Below are positions 18,777 through 27,744 of a stretch of DNA of 37,496 bases, piece after piece. Source of the stretch: a virus (taxonomy: Duplodnaviria; Caudoviricetes); IMG/VR virus record IMGVR_UViG_3300050014_000171, positions 1 through 37,496 of that record, one strand, 5' to 3'. The first letter of the stretch is position 1; each line of letters begins with the position of its first letter. The translations under genes and the position numbers were made by a program. Under the pieces are notes generated by a model. That model searched no databases and was not told the origin of the DNA. It worked only from the letters and a program-made list of their open reading frames with translations.

Positions 18777-19028
18777 ATGTCAGAAGAATTAAACACAGCA
18801 ACCTCTGCAACCCCAACCATTACCGCTCCTGCAAAGCAATCCCGTTGGAAGTCAAAAGTATTGTGGGCTTCAATAGTAGCGCAGATTCTTGCCGTCCTAC
18901 AGTTGAGCGGTATCTTCACAAAACTTGGCCTAGATTCTGGTTACATAGGCAACATAATTGCCTCAGTGTTACAGTTACTTGTGATCGTCGGAGTTCTTAA
19001 CGACCCGACAAACTCAGAAGGATTCTAA
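18777..19028 (+). CDS. holin
   Basis: QSRWKSKVLW, two TM helices, GVLNDPT end motif; SD AAGGAG. Confidence 0.85.
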   Translation: MSEELNTATSATPTITAPAKQSRWKSKVLWASIVAQILAVLQLSGIFTKLGLDSGYIGNIIASVLQLLVIVGVLNDPTNSEGF

Positions 19029-19062
19029 AAAAGAAAGGCCCCCTTAATTGGGGGCTTTGTTC
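19028..19062. terminator. bidirectional terminator
   Basis: A-run, GCCCC...GGGGC stem, T-rich tail; between convergent genes. Confidence 0.75.
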
Positions 19063-19075
19063 CTTCTTGTATGTT

Positions 19076-19756
19076 TTATGAAATTTCCGCAAGGTTTTCA
19101 GCGTGTGCATCATTTTCTTTATTTAATGCATCTGTTTTTTGCCCTTGCAAATCCGTAAGGTTGTTTTGTAAGGGAACCATTTCCTCATATAATGCTTCGT
19201 CTGTTTTATATTCATTATATATTCTTAGTTGCAATTCGTAATTACTATTCGCACTATCAAGTGCCGCCGTTGTCACTGAATTGGGGGATTTGTTTTGATT
19301 TGAAAGAGCTGTCGCCCATACGGAATGAGCACTTTCCATAACCTGATATTGCGTTTCTAATTCGCACGAAACGTCGGCACCCCCTTGATCTCTATATCCC
19401 TGTATTTCACCCTGCAATGTTGCAATCTGTGGGTCATATTGGTTATTGATAGTCGCAAGTGTATTTTGGTGTCTTGTATTTTCGGAAGCAATTGCAATGC
19501 TTCTGTTGACTATATTATTACTTGATGTTTCATTACTCGTAATGTCTGAAACTGCCGAATCATCCGCACTTGAAATATCACTTGAAGTTACCAAACTTGA
19601 TGTTACGGAACTGGAGACTATGTTTGATGAATCCTCTGGAGTATTTGTATCAGCCATACTTGTTATGGCAACGGGAATACCGACAGCGCAACTTACCACT
19701 ATCGCGGCTGTAGTTATCAATATCTTTTTATTAAACTTGCCAAACCATTTTAACAT
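19076..19756 (-). CDS. secreted or membrane-anchored Ser-rich coiled-coil protein (moron)
   Basis: Signal-like N-terminus, Ser-rich linker, helical C-terminus; opposite strand with its own promoter. Confidence 0.7.
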   Translation of the reverse strand: MLKWFGKFNKKILITTAAIVVSCAVGIPVAITSMADTNTPEDSSNIVSSSVTSSLVTSSDISSADDSAVSDITSNETSSNNIVNRSIAIASENTRHQNTLATINNQYDPQIATLQGEIQGYRDQGGADVSCELETQYQVMESAHSVWATALSNQNKSPNSVTTAALDSANSNYELQLRIYNEYKTDEALYEEMVPLQNNLTDLQGQKTDALNKENDAHAENLAEIS

Positions 19757-19779
19757 ATGTCATCCCTTCTCTTATTCCC

Positions 19780-19807
19780 ATAATATCACAATGCAAAATT
19801 TTGTCAA
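19780..19807 (-). promoter_or_regulatory. sigma-A promoter of the moron
   Basis: TTGACA, 16-nt spacer, TATTAT with extended TG on the minus strand. Confidence 0.6.
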
Positions 19808-19855
19808 TAAACGTTGCGAAATAATACCCAATAAAATACCGAAAATCAGTTATTA

Positions 19856-20060
19856 TGCAGACCAAATGTGGACTAAGTCTATATTCTGGCTTAATGTCTA
19901 CATATAAACCGAATACAGAACTCGGCTTACAGACTTACTCGTAACCCGCATATATGCTGCAAACGCAGTGTTAATGCGGGTTTTTAATTTTTCAAAGCTG
20001 ACTATTTCTGAATGAAAGTGACCAATTATGACACTTTTGTGTGGACTAAGTGTGGACTAA
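19856..20060. mobile_element. attP-like region with integrase arm-type repeats
   Basis: TGTGGACTAA(G) at 19867, 20040 and 20051, plus degenerate TGCAGACCAAA at 19856; tandem pairs flank ~160 bp at the integrase 3' end. Confidence 0.65.
19943..19985 (+). terminator. terminator-like hairpin within attP
   Basis: AACCCGCAT...CTGC-AAAC-GCAG...ATGCGGGTT followed by T-run. Confidence 0.5.
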
Positions 20061-20650
20061 CTTTGCTGTAAAAAAGCGTCCAGCTTTTCGCCTGCGCCCT
20101 TAATCATTTGTGGCTTTAATGCCATATAAACTTCATGTATCATATTTGCATTTGCATGACCTACAAGTTGTATGGATATTTCTTCGGAGACACCTGCCAT
20201 ACAAAGCATACAGACATATTCATGACGGAATTGGTGGGCAACGACATCGGCACGCCAACGTATGACATGGCATTCATAATATTTTCCATTATTCTTCTTT
20301 TGATTTTCGGTTTTTTCGACTTTTCGAGCAAAACCGTGTTTTTTCCAAAATTCAGTCCATTTTTTATCATATTGTGTCCAAGTCAATTGTGTGATACTTC
20401 CACTTAATATGTATGTGTCCGGGGAAAGGTTACGTATTGGTTGTAACGCATCTGCAAGTAACCCCAATAATGGTATTTTGCGTACTCCTGTTGGTGTTTT
20501 CGTTTCTGTGGTATGAGGTTTATTGTTTTGAAATTCCACAGATTTTATTATACTAATGGTTTTGTTTTCAAAATCAATATCCCTTTCAAGCCCCGCAAGT
20601 GTCGTATTTTCTTCATCACACAATTTTTGAATTTTTTCCAGTAAAGTCAT
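20057..20650 (-). pseudogene. in-frame fusion of a CI/XRE repressor N-terminus and the C-terminal half of a tyrosine integrase
   Basis: MTLLEKIQKLCDEENTTLAGLER (XRE helices 1-2) joined to DIDFENKTI...KTPTG...HQFRH...LVGH...EVY; first catalytic Arg and N-terminal integrase domains absent. Confidence 0.75.
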
Positions 20651-20705
20651 AAATACTCACCCCAATACGCAAGATTAATATTTTCGATTAACATTGCAAA
20701 TTCTA

Positions 20706-20733
20706 TTGACAATTCGAAAATTTAGACTATACT
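20706..20733 (+). promoter_or_regulatory. rightward (lytic) promoter
   Basis: TTGACA, 16-nt spacer, TATACT. Confidence 0.65.
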
Positions 20734-20841
20734 GAAAACATAGCAAATGACAGATATAAATATTCGACTATGCTCTATAGCAAAAGTTCCAATTTTGTTA
20801 TAGACAGTAATAGCCTAATTTTCTCTTGCGCCTACTTGTAT

Positions 20842-20870
20842 ATATTACATCTAATATTTACGTCTGTCAA
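20842..20870 (-). promoter_or_regulatory. leftward (lysogenic) promoter
   Basis: TTGACA, 17-nt spacer, TAATAT on the minus strand. Confidence 0.6.
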
Positions 20871-20917
20871 TACACTGACACGATAAATATCGCAAATAAT
20901 TGATTGGAGGTGAAAAT

Positions 20918-21130
20918 ATGCGAAAACAGTATGAATTAACACCACTTGGAAAAGCCGTAAAAATCAAATTAGCCACAGAGGATAAGACAATTACATGGCT
21001 TGGCGACCAAATCAGGGAAAAAAACATCACATGTTATGATGAGCAAATCTCAAAATGTTTACGTGGAACACTACATAATGAAAAAATCTTGAGTGCAATT
21101 TCTGAAATAATGAAAATAGGAAGGATTTAA
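20918..21130 (+). CDS. Cro-like XRE transcriptional regulator
   Basis: LTPLGKAVKIKL...TITWL...ISKCLRG HTH; divergent from the repressor remnant; SD GGAGGTG. Confidence 0.75.
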   Translation: MRKQYELTPLGKAVKIKLATEDKTITWLGDQIREKNITCYDEQISKCLRGTLHNEKILSAISEIMKIGRI

Positions 21131-21131
21131 T

Positions 21132-21893
21132 ATGAAACTTATTCCATTTGATTATCATGGACAAGTAGTAAGAACAATTGAGGCCAATGGTGAACCGTGA
21201 TTTGTGGCAAAAGATATTTGTGAGATTCTTGACCTTGGCACTACATCAAAAGCTATTGAGCGTTTAGATAATGATGAAAAGGGTGTGAATTCAATTCCTA
21301 CCCTTGGAGGATTACAGACATTATCGGTTGTCAGTGAATCCGGCCTTTATAGCCTCACGCTTGGCAGTAAGAAACCAGAGGCAAAACCCTTTAAGCGCTG
21401 GATTACTCATGAAGTGATTCCGACTATCCGTAAAACCGGAGGCTATGTCAGCAATGATGAGGCATTCATTAATACATATCTTCCGTTCGCAGACGAGCAA
21501 ATTAAAGCACTGTTTAGGGTCACGCTTGAGACGGTTAGGCAACAAAACGCAAAGATTGAGTGCGACAAACCCAAGGTGTTGTTTGCTGATGCTGTAGAAA
21601 CTTCAAAAAATTCAATCCTTATCGGTGAACTTGCAAAACTTATTCGGCAAAATGGGGTTGAAGTAGGGCAAAAGCGACTATTCGAATGGCTACGTAAAAA
21701 TGGATACTTACAGATGCGAGGCGAAAGTTACAATATTCCCTCACAGTATAGTATGGAACGCAGTCTGATGGAAATCAAGGAACGCACAATTAATAACCCA
21801 GATGGCAGCATTATCGTTACTAAAACCCCAAAAATAACAGGTAAGGGACAAACATATTTTGTTAATAAGTTTTTAACTGAAAAGGCGGTATAA
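21132..21893 (+). pseudogene. Bro-N plus KilAC/ANT antirepressor with a premature stop
   Basis: MKLIPFDYHGQVVRTIEANGEP*FVAKDIC with TGA at 21198-21200 at the conserved Trp; SESGLY, FKRWITHEVIPTIRKTGGY, PKVLFADAV and TGKGQTYF intact. Confidence 0.85.
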
Positions 21894-21895
21894 GT

Positions 21896-22090
21896 ATGCC
21901 GCGAGAAAAAGAATTATATCTCGATACACTTGAACGCATTCGCAAGCGTGCCGATGAAAAATTTCCGGATAAGCTCTTATATACTCAACAGGAAGCAGCA
22001 GAAGTTATGGGGGTTTGTACCAGAACATTGCAACGTAAGGGATTGAGTGAATTTATTACGGCAGAGCAACTCGCTCGCACGTTTGCGTAA
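21896..22090 (+). CDS. excisionase-like HTH protein
   Basis: LLYTQQEAAEVMGVCTRTLQR HTH motif. Confidence 0.65.
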   Translation: MPREKELYLDTLERIRKRADEKFPDKLLYTQQEAAEVMGVCTRTLQRKGLSEFITAEQLARTFA

Positions 22091-22117
22091 CCCGGACAAA
22101 CCCGAAGGAGGAACGCC

Positions 22118-22294
22118 ATGCAGGTAATTTCTGAGTTCATCCGTCAGTCCCTACATATGCCGCCCATCGGTGAAACAGTCGCTATGTTTGACGGCGAACA
22201 TGCTACATATGGATTTTACTTGGGCGGTCGGTTTTATGGGATGGATAAGCAACCCATTGGTTGGAAACCCACATCATGGAGAATAAGGAAGTGA
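22118..22294 (+). CDS. hypothetical protein, 58 aa, not in the ORF track
   Basis: SD AAGGAGG; MQVISEFIRQSLHMPPIGETV...KPTSWRIRK. Confidence 0.65.
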   Translation: MQVISEFIRQSLHMPPIGETVAMFDGEHATYGFYLGGRFYGMDKQPIGWKPTSWRIRK

Positions 22295-22557
22295 GGGAAT
22301 TGTTAAAGATTATCGAGCCGCACCGCCCCAATTGCCCCAACCCATGCCCGCAAAGAGGACAAGCCGATTACTGCCATACGGACAATTGCCCTATCAGCAA
22401 GGAACGGGACGAATACTACAGGCGGCGCAGGGAAGAAAACGCAAAAAAGCAAGCGGAAATATCGGCAATTTGTGAAAGCATAAAAAGCCGAAAGCACCGA
22501 AGTATTAGCATTGTTTCGATTATGGCAAAAACCATGACAGGAGGCAGGTATGAATGA
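22291..22557 (+). CDS. Cys-rich hypothetical protein
   Basis: GTGA overlap start; CPNPC...CHTDNC. Confidence 0.6.
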   Translation: MRELLKIIEPHRPNCPNPCPQRGQADYCHTDNCPISKERDEYYRRRREENAKKQAEISAICESIKSRKHRSISIVSIMAKTMTGGRYE

Positions 22558-22637
22558 CAGCGGTTGCGATTCTGTTAGTCCCTGTTTTCTTCGGCATTCT
22601 TGCATTGATTGCAAAGGCGGTCGGTCTGGATGATTGA
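22554..22637 (+). CDS. 27-aa single-TM peptide, not in the ORF track
   Basis: SD AGGAGG, ATGA overlap, MTAVAILLVPVFFGILALIAKAVGLDD. Confidence 0.55.
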   Translation: MTAVAILLVPVFFGILALIAKAVGLDD

Positions 22638-22827
22638 CTTTGGATTTTATCAGGAAGAACGCAGACGATTAGAACCTGACCCCGAACCACCAATTGTTGG
22701 TCTATGTTATCTATGCCATGAGCCAGTTTATCAATTTGCGATTGATAACGAGATTGATATTTTTGGCAACAATGGCGAACCAATTCACGGACAATGTTTG
22801 ATGAAAAAATATTATTTTGAGGAGTAA
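22630..22827 (+). CDS. hypothetical Zn-finger-like protein
   Basis: CYLC...HGQC; coupled to neighbouring genes. Confidence 0.6.
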   Translation: MIDFGFYQEERRRLEPDPEPPIVGLCYLCHEPVYQFAIDNEIDIFGNNGEPIHGQCLMKKYYFEE

Positions 22828-22832
22828 GAAGA

Positions 22833-23372
22833 TTGAAGATTGTATATGTGCAACACCCATCAAGCGCAAAGGAATTTTTGTTTGAAGTACCTAAAAATTT
22901 AATGCTGACACCGGGAGATAAGGTATTATGCAGTACCATGCATGGTGATAAAGATGGAGTTATATCAAGTCATACATACGAAATCAACGAATCAGCATTG
23001 TTTGCGCTATGCCACAATTCTGGGGCCTATCTACCACTCAAAAAGATTATCGGTAAATATGACCTTATAACTGAAAACTCGCCTCCACAGTCTTGCACAA
23101 CGCCCACACAGGCATTGACGTTTAAAGTTGGGGAAAGGGTATATGCTCCGAATGGCACTGGAACAATAGTCTTTATTACAGAATACAACCTCTATTTAGT
23201 AAAACATGACACATGGAATGCCGGGCACGATGGAAGAACTACCGGCGGTTATAAGGGACCTTCATTGGGAAGATCGGGTTGGTTCTACAATGAGCAAGAA
23301 ATCAGACATTTCCATTCTTCCACCCACTCAGTCACCATTAACGGCGTTCGATATGTAAGGAGTGAGGAATAA
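22833..23372 (+). CDS. hypothetical protein
   Basis: SD GAGGAG with TTG start; SH3-like FKVGERVY C-terminal domain. Confidence 0.65.
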   Translation: MKIVYVQHPSSAKEFLFEVPKNLMLTPGDKVLCSTMHGDKDGVISSHTYEINESALFALCHNSGAYLPLKKIIGKYDLITENSPPQSCTTPTQALTFKVGERVYAPNGTGTIVFITEYNLYLVKHDTWNAGHDGRTTGGYKGPSLGRSGWFYNEQEIRHFHSSTHSVTINGVRYVRSEE

Positions 23373-23980
23373 TGGAACTCGCATACATAATTTGCCCATG
23401 CACACACCATAGCAATGAATATTTTTCGCTTGAAATGGCAATCAAGGACAACCAAAAAAAAGCGGCGAAATTTTGCAAATACGTCATTGATAAAGGATAT
23501 GCGCCCATTTGTCCGACACTGTTTCTACCATCAATTCTCAATGCTGCCGACAGTGATGAGGAACACAAGGCGCAGGATATTTGCATTGATCTAATGCGTC
23601 GTTGTGATTGTGTGTTTGTGTTTGGTGACATTTTGACCGATGGCATGAGAATGGAAATCATGCTAAACAACAAGCCTATTACATTTGTCAGCCAAAGTGA
23701 GATTGACGAGTATTTCCGCATAAAAGAAGCTGCCACCTCTACTGCAATAGAGGCGGCAGCGCAAGAGAAAATTATTCAAGCAAATAATACATCATTATTG
23801 GTGAAAGTGTCAACCCCTTTTATGTACGGCGATGTGTTGATTGACCCAGCGGGTACGGAGTGCCGAGTGACAGGTTTTAGAAATGGGAATGTGATTGTTA
23901 CTTATTTTGACACTGATACCTGTTGGCAATCTACCAAAGAATGGCCGAAAAAAGATTTGAAAATGAAGGAGGAAGAATAG
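23372..23980 (+). CDS. DUF4406/nucleoside deoxyribosyltransferase-like fold protein
   Basis: AYIICP...GYAPICP...LMRRCDCVFVFG...TDGMRMEI pattern. Confidence 0.6.
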   Translation: MELAYIICPCTHHSNEYFSLEMAIKDNQKKAAKFCKYVIDKGYAPICPTLFLPSILNAADSDEEHKAQDICIDLMRRCDCVFVFGDILTDGMRMEIMLNNKPITFVSQSEIDEYFRIKEAATSTAIEAAAQEKIIQANNTSLLVKVSTPFMYGDVLIDPAGTECRVTGFRNGNVIVTYFDTDTCWQSTKEWPKKDLKMKEEE

Positions 23981-23981
23981 A

Positions 23982-24806
23982 ATGCCAGATAATAAAATAA
24001 TTGCCTATAAAGGCTTTGACAAGAATTTAAAATGCCGTTGTTTTCGGTATGAAGTTGGAAAGTCATATAAAGAGCCAAAGGCGGATTTATGTATAACTGG
24101 TTTTCATGCATGTAAGAATCCCCATGATGTATTTGGCTATTATGCACCCGGGCAAAGCAGATATGCGGCTGTTGAACTTAATGAAGTGACAGATCAGCGC
24201 GGGAACGACAGCAAGCGTGTTGGAAAGAAAATTAAAATTAATGCCGAAGTTAGCGTTTTTGATATTGTAAAAGTTTCCGTTGGAGTATTCTTTGAAAACT
24301 TCGGATTCAAGAAAAAAATTGAAGGTGCGGATACGATTAATGCAGGAAACAAAGGAGCTGCCAATGCAGGAAACAAAGGAGCTGCCAATGCAGGAAACTA
24401 CGGAGCTGCCAATGCAGGAAACTGCGGAGCTGCCAATGCAGGAAACTACGGAGCTGCCAATGCAGGAAACTACGGAGCTGCCAATGCAGGAGACTGCGGA
24501 GCTGCCAATGCAGGAAACTACGGAGCTGCCAATGCAGGAAACTACGGAGCTGCCAATGCAGGAAACTACGGAGCTGCCATATCACGCATAGACGGAAAAT
24601 CCGCTGTAGGAAAGCAGGGAATTGCTTGTACGTTTGGAGGTATGGTAAGGGGTGATATTGGTGCGATGATAGCCATTGCAGAACTAAACGATGAATACGA
24701 AATTATAAAATGCAAAGCTGTACTGGTAGACGGAGAAAAAGTTAAGGCCAATACGTGGTACAAGCTTAAAAATGGCAGACTTATTAAAGTGCGGGAGGAA
24801 AAATAA
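23982..24806 (+). CDS. phage protein with an IAYKGF/GFHAC N-domain and 8-aa repeats
   Basis: IAYKGFDKNLKCR...GFHAC; ten NAGxxGAA repeats; VDGEKVKANTWYKL C-terminus. Confidence 0.8.
   Translation: MPDNKIIAYKGFDKNLKCRCFRYEVGKSYKEPKADLCITGFHACKNPHDVFGYYAPGQSRYAAVELNEVTDQRGNDSKRVGKKIKINAEVSVFDIVKVSVGVFFENFGFKKKIEGADTINAGNKGAANAGNKGAANAGNYGAANAGNCGAANAGNYGAANAGNYGAANAGDCGAANAGNYGAANAGNYGAANAGNYGAAISRIDGKSAVGKQGIACTFGGMVRGDIGAMIAIAELNDEYEIIKCKAVLVDGEKVKANTWYKLKNGRLIKVREEK
24339..24578 (+). repeat. 24-bp tandem repeat, 10 copies, coding
   Basis: AATGCAGGAAACTACGGAGCTGCC units varying only in codons 4-5. Confidence 0.95.
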
Positions 24807-24938
24807 ATGCCTTTTACTCCAAGAGAAGCAGAGATATTGCTTCAAACCTCCAAAAGTTTCAGCCCAGAAGTGCGGGAAGCATTGAAGAAACTGGTGGATG
24901 AAAATAGCGATGGAACGGGTGAGGTAGATGGCGTTTGA
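24807..24938 (+). CDS. hypothetical protein, 43 aa, not in the ORF track
   Basis: SD GGGAGG; MPFTPREAEILLQ...GEVDGV fills the gap between neighbours. Confidence 0.55.
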   Translation: MPFTPREAEILLQTSKSFSPEVREALKKLVDENSDGTGEVDGV

Positions 24939-25149
24939 AAGTGGAGTTAAATACTACACAAACGGCACAGCAACCGTCAAGGTGCATTTTCCCGAAGATA
25001 AAACTGTCTGCCAGTGGTGTCCGTTTGCAAAAAATGAAGATAGTTTAAAGCGGTGGAAATGCCTTTTAACCGGAGAATATCTTGTATATCCATTTACTTG
25101 CATAGGTAACGAATGCCCGATTATTTTAGACGAGGTGAAAAAAGATTGA
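24928..25149 (+). CDS. Cys-rich hypothetical protein
   Basis: CQWC...C...CP; SD GAGGT. Confidence 0.7.
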   Translation: MAFESGVKYYTNGTATVKVHFPEDKTVCQWCPFAKNEDSLKRWKCLLTGEYLVYPFTCIGNECPIILDEVKKD

Positions 25150-25787
25150 GCAAAGTAATCTGTTTAGCTGGGGAATCCGGTTCTGGAAAAACAACTTCCA
25201 TGAGAAATCTTGACCCGAAGTCAACATTCTATTTTGATTGCGATAAAAAGGGCTTGTCATGGAAGGGATGGAAACAACATTACAATCCTGAAAACAAAAA
25301 TTATAAAGCCACAAGTGACGCAAAATACATACAAACCGTATTAAAAGGCATCAGCGAAAAAAGCTCTCAAATTAAGGTGGTTGTTATTGACACCATAAAC
25401 GGAATAATGATTGACGATGAATTTGACCGGGCAAAAGAAAAAGGATACGACAAGTGGCAAGACCTCGCCGCCTCAGTATGGGGACTTGTCAGCGAAGCGC
25501 ACAACCTAAGAGAAGACCTTACAGTTATCTTTACGGCACACACACAAACAGAGCGTGACGACAGCGGATTTGCTTTTACTCGCATTAAAACATCAGGCAA
25601 AAAGCTTGACAAGATTGTGCTTGAAAGCAAATTTACAACCGTACTTATTGCAAGGGCTATTGACGGCAAATACATACTCGAAACACACGCAAAAAACAGC
25701 ACGGCAAAGTCACCTATGGGAAGTTTTACCGAAGACGAAATACCGAATGATATTGTCGATGTACTAAAGAAATTGGAGGAATATTGA
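25146..25787 (+). CDS. Sak4-like AAA ATPase/recombinase
   Basis: GESGSGKTTS Walker A, VVVIDT Walker B, TAKSPMG; upstream of an SSB-like gene. Confidence 0.8.
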   Translation: MSKVICLAGESGSGKTTSMRNLDPKSTFYFDCDKKGLSWKGWKQHYNPENKNYKATSDAKYIQTVLKGISEKSSQIKVVVIDTINGIMIDDEFDRAKEKGYDKWQDLAASVWGLVSEAHNLREDLTVIFTAHTQTERDDSGFAFTRIKTSGKKLDKIVLESKFTTVLIARAIDGKYILETHAKNSTAKSPMGSFTEDEIPNDIVDVLKKLEEY

Positions 25788-25788
25788 T

Positions 25789-26361
25789 ATGAACGAACCC
25801 AAAGGATATAAAGAAGCACAGGTATATGGAGATTATACGCCGCTCGAACTCGGCGGTCATGTCTGCAAGATTATGAGCGTTGAGGAAACAAAGTCGGCTA
25901 AAGGCGCAGATATGTTAAAAATCAGCCTTGATATTGCGGAGGGCCCACAAAAAGGGTATTACTCCGAGCAGTACAGAACCAGCACATTTGAAAATAAAAA
26001 ATGGGGCTGCATCGTCTATCAGCTTACCTATGACAACGAGGGAAACACCAACAAGGGGCTGAAAACGTTTATCACGAGCGTTGAAGAATCTAATGCAGGA
26101 TATAAAGTGGCCTGGGGAGATACGTTCTGTCAGTCCCTTAAAAACAAGCTTGTTGGTGGTGTATTTGGCAGAGAGCAGTATAAAAACAGAAACAGCGAAT
26201 TGAAATGGTCAACCAAATGTAGTCAGTTTCGCAGTGTTGAAACTATTAAAAAGGGCGTTGAAGTGCCAGAAGATAAATATATTAAAAACTCTAACACGCA
26301 ACGTAAAGATGACAGTTTTATTGAGATTGATGTTGATGAAAAAATGCCTTGGGACGAATAA
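25789..26361 (+). CDS. single-stranded DNA-binding protein-like
   Basis: GGHVCKI...MLKISLDIAEG, acidic tail DVDEKMPWDE; follows Sak4. Confidence 0.65.
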   Translation: MNEPKGYKEAQVYGDYTPLELGGHVCKIMSVEETKSAKGADMLKISLDIAEGPQKGYYSEQYRTSTFENKKWGCIVYQLTYDNEGNTNKGLKTFITSVEESNAGYKVAWGDTFCQSLKNKLVGGVFGREQYKNRNSELKWSTKCSQFRSVETIKKGVEVPEDKYIKNSNTQRKDDSFIEIDVDEKMPWDE

Positions 26362-26404
26362 AAGCTAACGGGGCCACAACGCCCCAAGGAGGCGATTACT
26401 TAGT

Positions 26405-27157
26405 GTGGATAACGATATCACACTGAACCGCAAAATTCAAAAGTGGGGTTGGTATAAAAACTCAAACACTAAGGATGTTTTCCTGCATCTATTAATAAAT
26501 GCAAATTGGCATGATGGAGAATATTTTGGGCATCCGATTTTAAGAGGGCAATGTATGTTTGGCAGAAAGCAATTTTCTGATGAATTAGGCATTTCAGAAC
26601 AATCCGTTCGTACTGCAATAAATCACTTAAAATCAACCAGCGAAATAACCATCAAATCAACCAACAAGTTTAGTGTAATAACCATAGTCAAATACAGTGA
26701 TTATCAGCCGTTACCAAAAGATATTAACCAGCAGGACAACCTGCAACCTAACATTCCATCAACCAACGACCAACCAACAACTAACCACATCCAAGAATAT
26801 AAGAATATAAGAACTATAAAGAATAATAGTATACCCCCTTATATTCCCCCTGCTGGGGAAAAATCAAAATCCAAAAAGGACGAGCCCAAAAAAGATACTT
26901 ACGGTGAATTTGAAAATGTTCTTTTGACGGTCGAAGAATACGAAAAACTTTTAAACACTCTCGGCAATCAAACTCAGTCATACATTGACCGCCTTGATGG
27001 GTACATAGCCTCAAAAGGCGTGAAGTATAAAAGCCATTACGCAACAATCCTTAACTGGTGGAGAAAAGACGGACAAGCCAAGCCGCAGGAAAAGAAATCA
27101 TCAGGCAATATATTTGCTGACATTTACAAGGAGGAACACGGAATTGACAAGGGATGA
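26405..27157 (+). CDS. replication initiator
   Basis: N-terminal wHTH (VFLHLLINAN...RGQ...SVRTAINHL), repeat linker, C-terminal YKSHYATILNW. Confidence 0.85.
   Translation: MDNDITLNRKIQKWGWYKNSNTKDVFLHLLINANWHDGEYFGHPILRGQCMFGRKQFSDELGISEQSVRTAINHLKSTSEITIKSTNKFSVITIVKYSDYQPLPKDINQQDNLQPNIPSTNDQPTTNHIQEYKNIRTIKNNSIPPYIPPAGEKSKSKKDEPKKDTYGEFENVLLTVEEYEKLLNTLGNQTQSYIDRLDGYIASKGVKYKSHYATILNWWRKDGQAKPQEKKSSGNIFADIYKEEHGIDKG
26631..26835 (+). repeat. probable replication origin within the initiator gene
   Basis: 11-12-nt periodic AACCA repeats (26633-26668 and 26724-26790) followed by AT-rich AAGAATAT repeats. Confidence 0.6.
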
Positions 27158-27704
27158 TGCAACACAGGTGCTTGCCTATTTAAAAGTTTCATATCCGGCG
27201 GCATTTAGGGATATGTCAAAGCAAACCGCCGAGGGCATGATTGCTTTATGGCAGGATATGTTTTCCGACACGCCACTTGAAAAAGTAATGATCGCCGTTA
27301 AAGCACATGTAAAAAATTCAAAGTTTTTCCCAACCGTGGCTGAGATTTCAGAATACATAAACAAATTGGCTGAACCGGACAAGCTAACCGCCGACCAAGC
27401 CTGGCAAGGGATTATGAAAGCATGTTATTGGCTTGATGTTGACAGCCGAGACGATATCGTGACAAAATTCAATGCTCTGCCGGAAATCACAAAGTCAATT
27501 CTCGGAAACGGACACCAACTTGTAATTTATGCAAACATGTACGAACGAGAGTTACAGGAGTTTGAAAAGCCCCGGTTCGTCAGAAGCTTTGAAGCGAGGC
27601 AGAAAGCCACGGAAGAATTTGAACGGCTGCCGGAATCGGTCAGAGTGCAATCACTGAAACTCAAAGGCGAAACAATGCCGCTACAGATTACGGAGAAAGG
27701 ATAA
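27144..27704 (+). CDS. helicase loader/inhibitor (G39P-like)
   Basis: MTRDDATQVLAYLKVSYP...LWQDMF...KFFPTVAEI; directly after the initiator. Confidence 0.75.
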   Translation: MTRDDATQVLAYLKVSYPAAFRDMSKQTAEGMIALWQDMFSDTPLEKVMIAVKAHVKNSKFFPTVAEISEYINKLAEPDKLTADQAWQGIMKACYWLDVDSRDDIVTKFNALPEITKSILGNGHQLVIYANMYERELQEFEKPRFVRSFEARQKATEEFERLPESVRVQSLKLKGETMPLQITEKG

Positions 27705-27744
27705 GGAAATAATGGCTCAACTCTGAGGCGAAGGAGGGCTGAAA

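Noticed and set aside
19900-19960. tRNA or guaA 3' end as the att core
   Set aside because: No tRNA T-arm/CCA sequence is present, and the short TACGAGTAA resemblance to a gene end is too weak without a host genome
21198-21200. Genome-wide UGA-to-Trp recoding
   Set aside because: TGA is clearly used as a stop elsewhere (ATGA overlaps at 9065-9068, 30529-30532 and 36729-36732) and no other recognisable gene appears interrupted
24339-24578. CRISPR array or DGR template repeat
   Set aside because: Units are contiguous with no unique spacers and are in frame within a CDS; no cas or reverse transcriptase gene was recognised in the window
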